Source: Sedimentisphaera cyanobacteriorum (GTDB taxonomy: Bacteria > Planctomycetota > Phycisphaerae > Sedimentisphaerales > Sedimentisphaeraceae). From it: a stretch of 32,000 nucleotides of DNA. Below, piece after piece: positions 17,034 through 25,166 of this stretch. Every line of letters begins with the position of its first letter. Positions within the stretch are counted from its first letter, which is position 1. Under the pieces are notes generated by a model. It had not been told where the DNA came from, ran no database searches, and was given only the letters and a program-made list of their open reading frames with translations. The translations under genes and the position numbers were made by a program. The DNA lies in assembly GCF_001997385.1 (NCBI RefSeq), contig NZ_CP019633.1, forward strand, positions 420,001 through 452,000, written 5' to 3'.

Positions 17034-18611
17034 ATGAATCTATCGAGGCGTAATTTTCTTAAAAGAGCTTCAATCTTAGGTGCAGGTGCGTTTGCAGGTG
17101 CCTCTTTTGCGGGTTCTTCGAGCAGCCGGCCGAATATTATTTGGCTTATCTGCGAAGATATGTCTCCGGATTTGGCCTGTTACGGAAATTCGGTTGTAAA
17201 AACGCCAAATATAGACGCTCTCGCCCAGCAGGGCAGGCGATACGACAGGGTTTACTGCACAGCACCTGTCTGCTCGGCAAACCGCAGCGCTCTGTTCACC
17301 AGTATGTATCAGACCACGCTCGACGCCCAAGACCACCGCAGCCACCGAGATGACGGGTATATTTTGCCCTCTCCCGCCCGGGTAATTACGAATTATTTCA
17401 GAGATGAAGGATACTATACAAGCTGCGGGCGCTGGGACAATACCTCCAGCTGGGGCAAGGGCGACTGGAACTGGCAGAGCCCGACCCATCGCGACAGCTT
17501 CGACGGAACCGACTTTTCCGGCAGGGCTCAGGGGCAGCCGTTCTTTGCTCAAATAAGCTTTTCCCTTACCCACCGTTCAGCAGATTCCGTTCAGAACCCG
17601 CAGAATCCAATCTCTGGTTCTCAAATTGAGCTCCCTCCAACTAATCCTGAACATCCTCTTACGAGAAAGGACTGGTCGAATTATCTCGAGAAGGTGCAAA
17701 AGCTGGATTCTCAGGTTGGTTCGGTGCTTTCCCGCATTGAATCTGAGGGTCTTGCGGAAAACACGATAATTTTCTTCTTCTCAGACCACGGCCGTCCTCA
17801 GATCTGGGATAAGCAGTGGCTGTATGAAGGCGGGCTAAGAATTCCGCTGATTATTCGCTGGCCCGGAGAGATCCCCGAAGGCAGTGTTAGCGATGAGCTT
17901 ATCAGCACTATTGATTTAGCTCCAACTGCGATGAAATGGGCGGGGATTGATGTGCCCGGCCATTTCCACGGCATGCCATTTTCAAGAGAAGGCAGAAGAC
18001 TCGTTTATGACAGCGCCAGCTTTTCCCTCGGGCTCGCTTCCCAAACCGCCGGCAGAAACTATGCCTTCGCAGCGAGGGATAAATGCGGCGCAAGCTTCGA
18101 CCGCATAAGGGCGGTTATCACGAAACGATACAAATATATTCGCAATTTCTATCCCGAAAGGCCGTACACGAACAATCCGGGACAGACTATGTTCAACAGA
18201 TACATTGCAAATGAGTATCCCGTTAATGCGGTTCAGTTTGCAAAGTATTATCAAGGCTCGCTTGAGCCTGCCCAGCTCAAGTTTATGGAAACAGCAGGCG
18301 GGGCGAACCGCCCGGCAGAAGAACTCTACGACCTGCAAAACGACCCATGGGAGCTGAATAATTTAGCGGCTAACCCGCAGCATCAGCGAATAAGAGATCA
18401 CCTTTCCCGCAGACTGGACCGCTGGATTGTAGAAACTGGCGATATGGGCGAATACCCGCCGGACGATTTGAATGTCGGGTTAAACTGGGGAACAAACAAT
18501 TTCTACAGCACCCTTGAAGCAAGAGGTGTTGATACAGAACCATTCAAACAGGGCAGATATCAGCAGGGCTGGGAAAATTATCTTGCGTACTGGGAAAATG
18601 TTTTGCTCTAA
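17034..18611 (+). CDS. S1-family sulfatase, C-x-A-x-R variant, exported, 525 aa
   Basis: It has an RR signal (LSRRNFLKRASILGAGAFAG). The metal site reads WLICEDMSPDLACYG (E-D instead of D-D). The FGly motif is CSANRSALFT (Cys80, codon at 17271-17273). Later motifs are FSDHGRP and LYDLQNDPWE. Confidence 0.88.
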   Translation: MNLSRRNFLKRASILGAGAFAGASFAGSSSSRPNIIWLICEDMSPDLACYGNSVVKTPNIDALAQQGRRYDRVYCTAPVCSANRSALFTSMYQTTLDAQDHRSHRDDGYILPSPARVITNYFRDEGYYTSCGRWDNTSSWGKGDWNWQSPTHRDSFDGTDFSGRAQGQPFFAQISFSLTHRSADSVQNPQNPISGSQIELPPTNPEHPLTRKDWSNYLEKVQKLDSQVGSVLSRIESEGLAENTIIFFFSDHGRPQIWDKQWLYEGGLRIPLIIRWPGEIPEGSVSDELISTIDLAPTAMKWAGIDVPGHFHGMPFSREGRRLVYDSASFSLGLASQTAGRNYAFAARDKCGASFDRIRAVITKRYKYIRNFYPERPYTNNPGQTMFNRYIANEYPVNAVQFAKYYQGSLEPAQLKFMETAGGANRPAEELYDLQNDPWELNNLAANPQHQRIRDHLSRRLDRWIVETGDMGEYPPDDLNVGLNWGTNNFYSTLEARGVDTEPFKQGRYQQGWENYLAYWENVLL

Positions 18612-18618
18612 GGAGGTT

Positions 18619-20508
18619 ATGGTGAAATTATTTACACTTTCAGTTTTGCTTCTTGCCTCTTCTGTTTTAGGTGCACAGATCCCGCAAGGCCTCTCAGGGG
18701 CATGGAGATTTGAGGAGGCAGGTTCTGGCATAATAAAAGATTTTTCCGGAAATAATTCTGACGGTATCCTGCTGGGATCGCCCTCAGCCTGCGATGGGTA
18801 TATTTCAGCCGGCCTTGAGCTCGACGGCTTCGATGATTATATCAATGCTCCCTCGTTTACTATGAACACGCAGAACGCTGCATTTAGTGCGTGGATTAAC
18901 ACTCAATCAATCCCGAATTGGTGGGTTTCAGTTATCAACACTCACAAGGCCTCGGGCAAGTGCGGCCTTGCATTCTACAAAAACCAGAATCAGCTTGCAT
19001 ATTACTGGAACGACAGCAAATACAGCTTCGACAGCGGCCTTGAAATCCCGCTCAATCAGTGGGTTTTTATCGCTGTTGTAATTGAGCCTGAAAGGGCGGT
19101 GCTCTATGTGAAACCCTATGGCGGGCAGCTTGAGAAGAGCGTAAATTTCGACAATCATTCCTTCTGCAGTTTGAAAGGGGTAATGATAGGCAGGGATTCT
19201 GCACCGGGCTGGGGAGACGGCGAAAGGCGCTTCCAAGGGCGCATAGATGAGGTTAGGATCTATTCGAGGAGCCTCTCTGAGAGCGAGGTTATCCGGCTTT
19301 CTGATATGGAAAGATGCTGGAATTATCCGCCTCGAATATCTGTAAGCGATGCCCAGATTGCCTATGCCGGCAAGCCGCGAAGCTTCAGCTGTTCTTTTCA
19401 GGATGACGGCAGGCCTTTTATCGAAGGCTGCGATAATCTGATGCAGGGCACTTCTTTCCAGAAGACTTTCTATTGGAGTAAAGTTTCCGGTACGGGCAGT
19501 GTCAGTTTTACAGCCCCCTATAAACAGACATCTCAGGCAGTTTTCTCCGAGCCGGGGAATTATCAGATTAAGATAGATGTTTCAGACGGGCCTTCCGGAA
19601 TCCCTGAACAGATCCACGGGAAAACAGGTTCTGTTTTTATAGACGTGGAAGTGCTTAGCGAAGAAGATAAACAGCTCTTAGCGGATTACAGATTCCAGCA
19701 GCAGCCTGATGAAGATGCCCCGGATTCAGCAGGCGAAAATGATTTGGCTCAGAGGATGGTTTTCGGTCTGCCCGGTCAGAACTGGTGCGAAGGCCCAGAA
19801 AACAGCAAAGCAGCGGGTTTTATGCCCGGGGAAAATACTTTTTATGAAATCCAGCCCTCCGGCAACAGTCAGTCAGAGCTTGCAGATATCAAAGAGGCAG
19901 CTGTTTCTGCTTGGATTATGCCGCTTGCAGGCTCGCCGGAAGGGGGGAGAGTTTGTTTTTCCGCAAAAAACTCTTCAGGAAAGGTCTTCACCATTGAAGG
20001 TACAAGCACATTGAGCAATTCAAAGTGGCATCATATAGCTGCTGTGTACGATGCGGTTCAAGGGCAGATGCTCGTTTATGTTAACGGAGTTTTAGACGCA
20101 GCCAAAGATATTCCCCCTTCAGCCCTCAGCAGTGATTGGTATGAGCCTTTGATTGCCTCAGGGTACTCCGAGCAGAGAGAAAATTTTGCAGGATGTATTG
20201 ATAAGCTCCAGATTTTCAACTATGCCCTCTCAAGAAACGAGGTCGTTTCACTGATGGAGTGCAGTGAGCTTGTTTTTGCCGGCCTCAGCGCCGAGGCAGA
20301 CATCTCGGGCAGGTTAAATTCTCCCGACTGCCGGGTAGATCTGTTCGATTATGCATTGCTCGCAGACAGCTGGCTCAGCTTTTCTCCAGTTAATGCAGAC
20401 ATAACTGGGGATTCGGCTGTAAATATTTCCGATTTGGCGCTGCTGGCTGAGAGCTGGCTCTCCTGTAAAGACCCGCAAGACCCGAGATGCCTTCAATATT
20501 ACGAATAA
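18619..20508 (+). CDS. Secreted LamG / Ig(PKD)-like / LamG / dockerin-like multidomain protein, 629 aa
   Basis: The start is moved to the ATG at 18619, where an AAGGAGG SD at 18610-18616 overlaps the upstream stop codon. The signal peptide is MVKLFTLSVLLLASSVLGA. Two LamG-type modules end in FQGRIDEVRIYSRSLSESEV and FAGCIDKLQIFNYALSRNEV. The central module YWSKVSGTGSVSF...FSEPGNYQIKIDVSDG is PKD/Ig-like. The C-terminus has two dockerin-like repeats, including DITGDSAVNISDLALLAESWL. Confidence 0.8.
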   Translation: MVKLFTLSVLLLASSVLGAQIPQGLSGAWRFEEAGSGIIKDFSGNNSDGILLGSPSACDGYISAGLELDGFDDYINAPSFTMNTQNAAFSAWINTQSIPNWWVSVINTHKASGKCGLAFYKNQNQLAYYWNDSKYSFDSGLEIPLNQWVFIAVVIEPERAVLYVKPYGGQLEKSVNFDNHSFCSLKGVMIGRDSAPGWGDGERRFQGRIDEVRIYSRSLSESEVIRLSDMERCWNYPPRISVSDAQIAYAGKPRSFSCSFQDDGRPFIEGCDNLMQGTSFQKTFYWSKVSGTGSVSFTAPYKQTSQAVFSEPGNYQIKIDVSDGPSGIPEQIHGKTGSVFIDVEVLSEEDKQLLADYRFQQQPDEDAPDSAGENDLAQRMVFGLPGQNWCEGPENSKAAGFMPGENTFYEIQPSGNSQSELADIKEAAVSAWIMPLAGSPEGGRVCFSAKNSSGKVFTIEGTSTLSNSKWHHIAAVYDAVQGQMLVYVNGVLDAAKDIPPSALSSDWYEPLIASGYSEQRENFAGCIDKLQIFNYALSRNEVVSLMECSELVFAGLSAEADISGRLNSPDCRVDLFDYALLADSWLSFSPVNADITGDSAVNISDLALLAESWLSCKDPQDPRCLQYYE

Positions 20509-20685
20509 AAACTTGCTGAGCTTATCGTTCAGGCCTAATACGATACCCCTGGCCAATATCCGGCCTTCTACTGCAAGCTTTCTTCTGCTGCTGCACCGGG
20601 TTTCGGTTTTGCAGATGAGTGATTTTTGGCCGAGATTCCCGTACTTCTCAGAACTTTATTTTGGACAAGCAAGTATGCTTATTTT

Positions 20686-22683
20686 TCATTTATCAAAAAA
20701 CACCGGCACTGCCCACTTGCCGAATTCCAGCTTTTCACCATCTTTACAATTCTTTTGATAGAGCGTGCAATGATTGGAATCTCTTTCCGTAAAGAATTTG
20801 AATTCCGGGATATCCACCTTTTCAAAGCCTTGCATCTCAAGCCTGCGGGATTGGCTGTCTTTATTTCTATGCGGCCGTGGGGTTAAGAAATGCACCATTC
20901 CGCCTTTCTTGCAGACAATAGTTTTTGTGCCGTCCATATCAGTCCGAACGAAATTTGCCCTTTTCAAAACATAGGGTAAATTGCGAACTTTGTAATCACG
21001 ATCGGCAAATAAAACCGCTCCAATTTCAAGGCTGAGTTGCGGGGTTTGTTTAATTTGGGCGGCAGGTTTTCTCATCAGCGGTTCGCCTTCTTTATTGTCT
21101 GAGCCGGCGCTGCCGAATTTCTCTTCTATCAACTTGTTTCGTTCCTGCTTTTCTTGCAAAATTTCGGAGAGCGTTTTGCGTTTGCCTTCAGCACCCTTTC
21201 GAGAGCTGCCGGAGGTGAAATGGGTTTCAAGCAGAGCTCTCATTCGCCACAATATCTCGGGAAATTTGGCGGCAAGATTGTTCTTTTCTTGGGGGTCGTC
21301 TTCGAGGTTGTATAATTCCATCTTATCCTTGTCCGGGTAGTAAACAAGCTTCCATTTACCTTCACGCAAACCTAAGGAGTTAAGCGCTCTGTCGCCCCCT
21401 ATTATATATGGCCTGATTTCGTTTTTGCTGCTTTTAGCAGTTAAAGCCGGCAAAATATTGAAGCTGTCAAGGGCCTGGTCGGGTTTCAGTGTATATCCTG
21501 TTAAAGCTGCAAAAGTTGCTGCCATATCCGAAAGCATTATCGGCTCGCTGCTTACCTCTGCTCTCGGTATTGCCCCGGGCATTCGAGCGATAAAAGGAAC
21601 GCGCAAACCGCCTTCATAAGCGGTGGCTTTATGGCCGCGCCATGGTGCAGCAGGACGATAATCTTCTTTGCAGCTGCTGTGAGCATTAGAATTCCGATAT
21701 CCCCCGTTGTCGCTGGTAACAATCAGCAGTGTGTTTTCCGCCAATCCAAGCCTGTCCAGAGTTTGCATTATTCTGCCTATTGTCCAGTCGAACTGCATAA
21801 CGAAATCTCCGTGTTTTCCGATCCCGCTTTTGCCTTCAAAACGCTTGTCAGGGGCTATAGGGAAATGTATTGAGCAGGTTGGAAAATAAAGAAAGAAAGG
21901 ATTCTCAGAATTTTGTTCTATAAATTCTTCAGCTTTCTGAACGAGCCTCGCTCCTATTTCATCATCTTTCCTGCGATTTTCCCACTTGCCCTTGGGAATA
22001 TGCCTTACAAGCTTATAGCCGTATCTGTCGAGAATTTTTATTTTGCTTTCAAACGGAGGCTTTGTCCCGCCTTGAATCTCACCGTCTTCTATATAATACT
22101 TTGGCTTCATATTGTGTCCATCGGGAACAATATAAGATTTATCGAACCCTATATCGTTAGGCCCAAAACCGGGATTATTTATATCTCTGGGCAGCTGTTT
22201 TCCTAAGCCTAAATGCCATTTGCCTACAACGCCTGTTTTGTATCCCTGCTGTTTAAACATTTTGGCAATGTTATACTCGTCTTTCCCGATAATCATCGGC
22301 TCGCCGTTAAACATTACATGGCTTGTATGATACTTTCTGAACGGACAGGTGCCGGTCAACACGGAATATCTGGTGGGAGTGCAAACAGCAGCGTTGCTGT
22401 AGGCATCTGTCAGTTGTATTCCCTGCTTTGCAAGCTTGGTTGTATTAGGTGTGGGGAAATACTCCTGCCCGTAGGCAGCTAAGTCTGAATAGCCTATATC
22501 ATCAGCCATAATGAATATAACATTAGGTTTTGATTTTGTTTTTTCCTGTCCCGCAAAAACTCTGCTTTGCATAAAGTTTGCCGCAAGCGAGGAACCGGCT
22601 GCGAAAGAAGCAGCAGTTCTCAAAAAATTTCTGCGAGAAACATTCTGATATTTGCTGTTTTTATAAAGCTTATTTTCATTCAT
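20686..22683 (-). CDS. S1-family sulfatase with about 175-aa C-terminal extension, exported, 665 aa
   Basis: It has an RR signal (VSRRNFLRTAASFAAG), IMADDIGYSD, the FGly motif CTPTRYSVLTG, GKWHLG, TSDNGG and LYNLEDDPQE (around aa 458-465). A K/E-rich linker and an uncharacterised domain of about 120 aa follow. Confidence 0.9.
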   Translation of the reverse strand: MNENKLYKNSKYQNVSRRNFLRTAASFAAGSSLAANFMQSRVFAGQEKTKSKPNVIFIMADDIGYSDLAAYGQEYFPTPNTTKLAKQGIQLTDAYSNAAVCTPTRYSVLTGTCPFRKYHTSHVMFNGEPMIIGKDEYNIAKMFKQQGYKTGVVGKWHLGLGKQLPRDINNPGFGPNDIGFDKSYIVPDGHNMKPKYYIEDGEIQGGTKPPFESKIKILDRYGYKLVRHIPKGKWENRRKDDEIGARLVQKAEEFIEQNSENPFFLYFPTCSIHFPIAPDKRFEGKSGIGKHGDFVMQFDWTIGRIMQTLDRLGLAENTLLIVTSDNGGYRNSNAHSSCKEDYRPAAPWRGHKATAYEGGLRVPFIARMPGAIPRAEVSSEPIMLSDMAATFAALTGYTLKPDQALDSFNILPALTAKSSKNEIRPYIIGGDRALNSLGLREGKWKLVYYPDKDKMELYNLEDDPQEKNNLAAKFPEILWRMRALLETHFTSGSSRKGAEGKRKTLSEILQEKQERNKLIEEKFGSAGSDNKEGEPLMRKPAAQIKQTPQLSLEIGAVLFADRDYKVRNLPYVLKRANFVRTDMDGTKTIVCKKGGMVHFLTPRPHRNKDSQSRRLEMQGFEKVDIPEFKFFTERDSNHCTLYQKNCKDGEKLEFGKWAVPVFFDK

Positions 22684-22738
22684 GGCTTTTTCCTTTAATA
22701 AATCTCTACGAAATAATTGGCTGCTGCTGTTTTTTGAG

Positions 22739-24019
22739 TTAAAAGAAATCTCTTAAACCCAATACGGCGATATACGACATTACCAAAGAGAAAACGAACG
22801 CTGCCGCCATCCCGCAGTTCAGAAGCACGCCGGCGCGGTATTTGCCCATTTGTTTGCTGTTGACAAGTAGTATTATGCAGCCTACTACCAGAGGCAGATT
22901 GAAAACTTGCGATACCTGAGTTGCGATTTGAGCGAGTATCGGGTTTGCCCCGAGTATCGGGACGGTCAAACCTATAAGAGCAGCCGCAGCGGTCAGCGAG
23001 CGAAACATAACCGAGCGTGTAACCATCTTGCCCTTGTTATAGTCTGAAATCAAAAGCGGGGCAACCATCATAATAGGCAAAGTAGAAGAGAGCCCTGCGC
23101 TGAGCGTGCCCACGAGGAACAGCGCTACTGCAAACCTGCCTGCAAACGGGGTGAGGCTGTTTGCCATATCCAATACGTTAGTAATTACCTTGCCCTCAGC
23201 GAACAATGCCCCGGCTGCGCACACCATAACAGACCCGCTGATAACAAACATCATCGCCGCCGAGGTAAAAGAATCCCTCTGCTGCTGACGAAGACCGTCA
23301 TTTGCCTCAATCCAGCCCTTGCTCTTTACCAGAAGCGGGCGAACCACAAACGTAGGTGCTGCCATAGTTGTGCCTACGAAAGCCGCTATCATCAGGTTGG
23401 CACCTTCGACATCGGGTATTGACGGAATAAAGCCCTTGGCAATATTAGCTGGAGAAGGCAGCACAATAAACATCGAGACAATAAAGCTCAACCCCAGAAT
23501 CGTAACGAAAAACACCAGCACTTTCTCAAAAAGAGAATACGTCCCGAACCAAAGTATCGCATACATCCCCGCCATTATCAAAACAGCTATTATCAGAGTA
23601 GGCGCATAGCCGGAAGGGCTTAATGAGGGGAAGAAAATTCTCAGCGTTTCGTAAACAGCTGAAGAAGACAGACCCACAAGCCCCGAAAGACAGCACCATT
23701 GACCAACGCTTACCCCCACAAGCACCAGAATCGCGATAAATTTGCCGCCTTTGAGCTTCGTCTTGAAGCTGTGTATCGCGGTTTCCCCGGTAATCACCGC
23801 GTATCTGCCGTAAGCCTCCATCAACACCCATGCGAAAAGGCAGCTAAACGCAAGAACCCAGAGAAGCTGAGTTCCAAACTCAGAACCCGCTTTGCTCATC
23901 GAAGTAACGCTGCCTGTGCCGATAGTATAACCGATACAAAATATCCCCGGACCTACAGAAAGCAGAAGCAGCCAAAGTTTTTTAAGCGGGGATTGGGATT
24001 TTGTGTTTTCGTTTTCCAT
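22739..24019 (-). CDS. NRAMP-fold (LeuT-fold) membrane transporter, divergent, metal-site motifs absent, 426 aa
   Basis: The TM1 region SVGPGIFCIGYTIGTGSVTSMSKAGSEFGTQLLWV parallels NRAMP GP(A/G)..A.AY.DPGN....AG..FGY.LLWV. However, DPGN is replaced by IGTG(S). The TM6-equivalent reads GTTMAAPTF and has no MPH. About 11 hydrophobic segments are present. Confidence 0.75.
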   Translation of the reverse strand: MENENTKSQSPLKKLWLLLLSVGPGIFCIGYTIGTGSVTSMSKAGSEFGTQLLWVLAFSCLFAWVLMEAYGRYAVITGETAIHSFKTKLKGGKFIAILVLVGVSVGQWCCLSGLVGLSSSAVYETLRIFFPSLSPSGYAPTLIIAVLIMAGMYAILWFGTYSLFEKVLVFFVTILGLSFIVSMFIVLPSPANIAKGFIPSIPDVEGANLMIAAFVGTTMAAPTFVVRPLLVKSKGWIEANDGLRQQQRDSFTSAAMMFVISGSVMVCAAGALFAEGKVITNVLDMANSLTPFAGRFAVALFLVGTLSAGLSSTLPIMMVAPLLISDYNKGKMVTRSVMFRSLTAAAALIGLTVPILGANPILAQIATQVSQVFNLPLVVGCIILLVNSKQMGKYRAGVLLNCGMAAAFVFSLVMSYIAVLGLRDFF

Positions 24020-24043
24020 AATTAAAATTCCTTTTGTGTTGTT

Positions 24044-25132
24044 TTATCTTACTACCCTGCCCGAGGCGCTTCCGCCGGCAAGAGCCTCTACTTCGTTCCT
24101 GCTGCTGAAGTTGAAATCGCCTTTGATTGAATGGGCAAGGCAGGATGTAGCTGCTGCAAATGAAACTGCCTTTTGGCATTCTGCTAATTCAGAGGTGTTT
24201 AAGGCAAAGATCAAACCTGCGGCGAATGCGTCTCCGCCGCCTACCCTGTCAACGATATCCGTTATCTTATACGGCTGATATTCGCCGCCGTCTGTCGGGG
24301 CGTAATAGGCTTTGGCCTGCTCGCAGTCGTAAAGCATTGCCCCCCAGTTGTTGTGCGAAGCGGATACGCTCTGCCGAAATGTGGTGGCTATCTTATCAAC
24401 GTTTGGAAACGCCTTGTGTATTTTAATTGCGACGTCTTTGTAGGCATTTACATCGAGCCTGCCCGCCTGAACGTCAGTGTTTTCAGCCTCTATGCCCAGC
24501 ACACAGGCGGCGTCTTCCTCGTTGGCGATTAAGACATCAACGTAGGGGACAATCTCGCTCATTACCTCTCGGGCAAGGCTCTTCGGCTCTTTCCCCGGCT
24601 CCCATTTCCAAAGCTTCCCCCTGAAGTTCAAATCGCAGGATATTGTTACTGATGCCTGTTTTGCATTTTTAACAGCGGCAAGCGTGCTCTGGGCTGCCTC
24701 TTTTGAAAGCGCCGGCGTTATTCCGGATATGTGCAGCCAGCCGGCATCGGCGAAGATACCGTTCCAATCGTAAGCATCGGGCTTTGCTTTGCTTATTGCT
24801 GAATGAGAGCGGTCGTATATTATGCGGCTCGGACGCTGATTGGCTCCGGTTTCGGTAAAATACAGCCCTAACCTGCCGTCGTTATGTATTATATGCGATG
24901 TGCCTACACCTAAAGACCTCAGCTCGGCGATACAGGCGGCGGCTATGTCGTTTTTCGGCAATGCTGTAACAAAAGCCGCCTTTCCCCCAAGCTGGGATAT
25001 TGATACTGCAACATTCGCTTCCGCGCCGGCAAAAAGCATATTTACCTTACCCGGCAGACACTGACGAAACCTCATAAAGCCTTCCGGCATAATCCTTGCC
25101 ATAATTTCGCCAAAAGTTATCACCTTTTTCAT
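24044..25132 (-). CDS. kdgK: 2-dehydro-3-deoxygluconokinase (PfkB family)
   Basis: MKKVITFGEIMARIMPEGFMRFRQ...FAGAEANVAVSISQLG is the long-form KdgK N-terminus. The C-terminal anion hole reads VDRVGGGDAFAAGLIF. It is adjacent to eda. Confidence 0.85.
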   Translation of the reverse strand: MKKVITFGEIMARIMPEGFMRFRQCLPGKVNMLFAGAEANVAVSISQLGGKAAFVTALPKNDIAAACIAELRSLGVGTSHIIHNDGRLGLYFTETGANQRPSRIIYDRSHSAISKAKPDAYDWNGIFADAGWLHISGITPALSKEAAQSTLAAVKNAKQASVTISCDLNFRGKLWKWEPGKEPKSLAREVMSEIVPYVDVLIANEEDAACVLGIEAENTDVQAGRLDVNAYKDVAIKIHKAFPNVDKIATTFRQSVSASHNNWGAMLYDCEQAKAYYAPTDGGEYQPYKITDIVDRVGGGDAFAAGLIFALNTSELAECQKAVSFAAATSCLAHSIKGDFNFSSRNEVEALAGGSASGRVVR

Positions 25133-25166
25133 TATTTGTAAGCCTTTCTATAATCTTGTAAACTGC

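Noticed and set aside
18514-18618. The 35-codon N-terminal extension of the LamG protein in the ORF track, overlapping the sulfatase 3' end. Similar extensions occur at 15226-15246, 30407-30475 and 4167-4202.
   Set aside because: Internal ATG codons are preceded by good SD sequences and immediately begin signal peptides or conserved N-termini. The extensions overlap upstream genes or use TTG starts.
20509-20685. Hairpins and ORFs (20513-20758, 20626-20886) in the convergent gap between the LamG gene and the 665-aa sulfatase
   Set aside because: Only weak stems are present (a 5-bp AAGCA/TGCTT with a T-run at 20668-20686, and an imperfect CTGCA...TGCAG). The ORFs overlap the sulfatase 3' end and have no motifs. 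This is not enough to call a feature.
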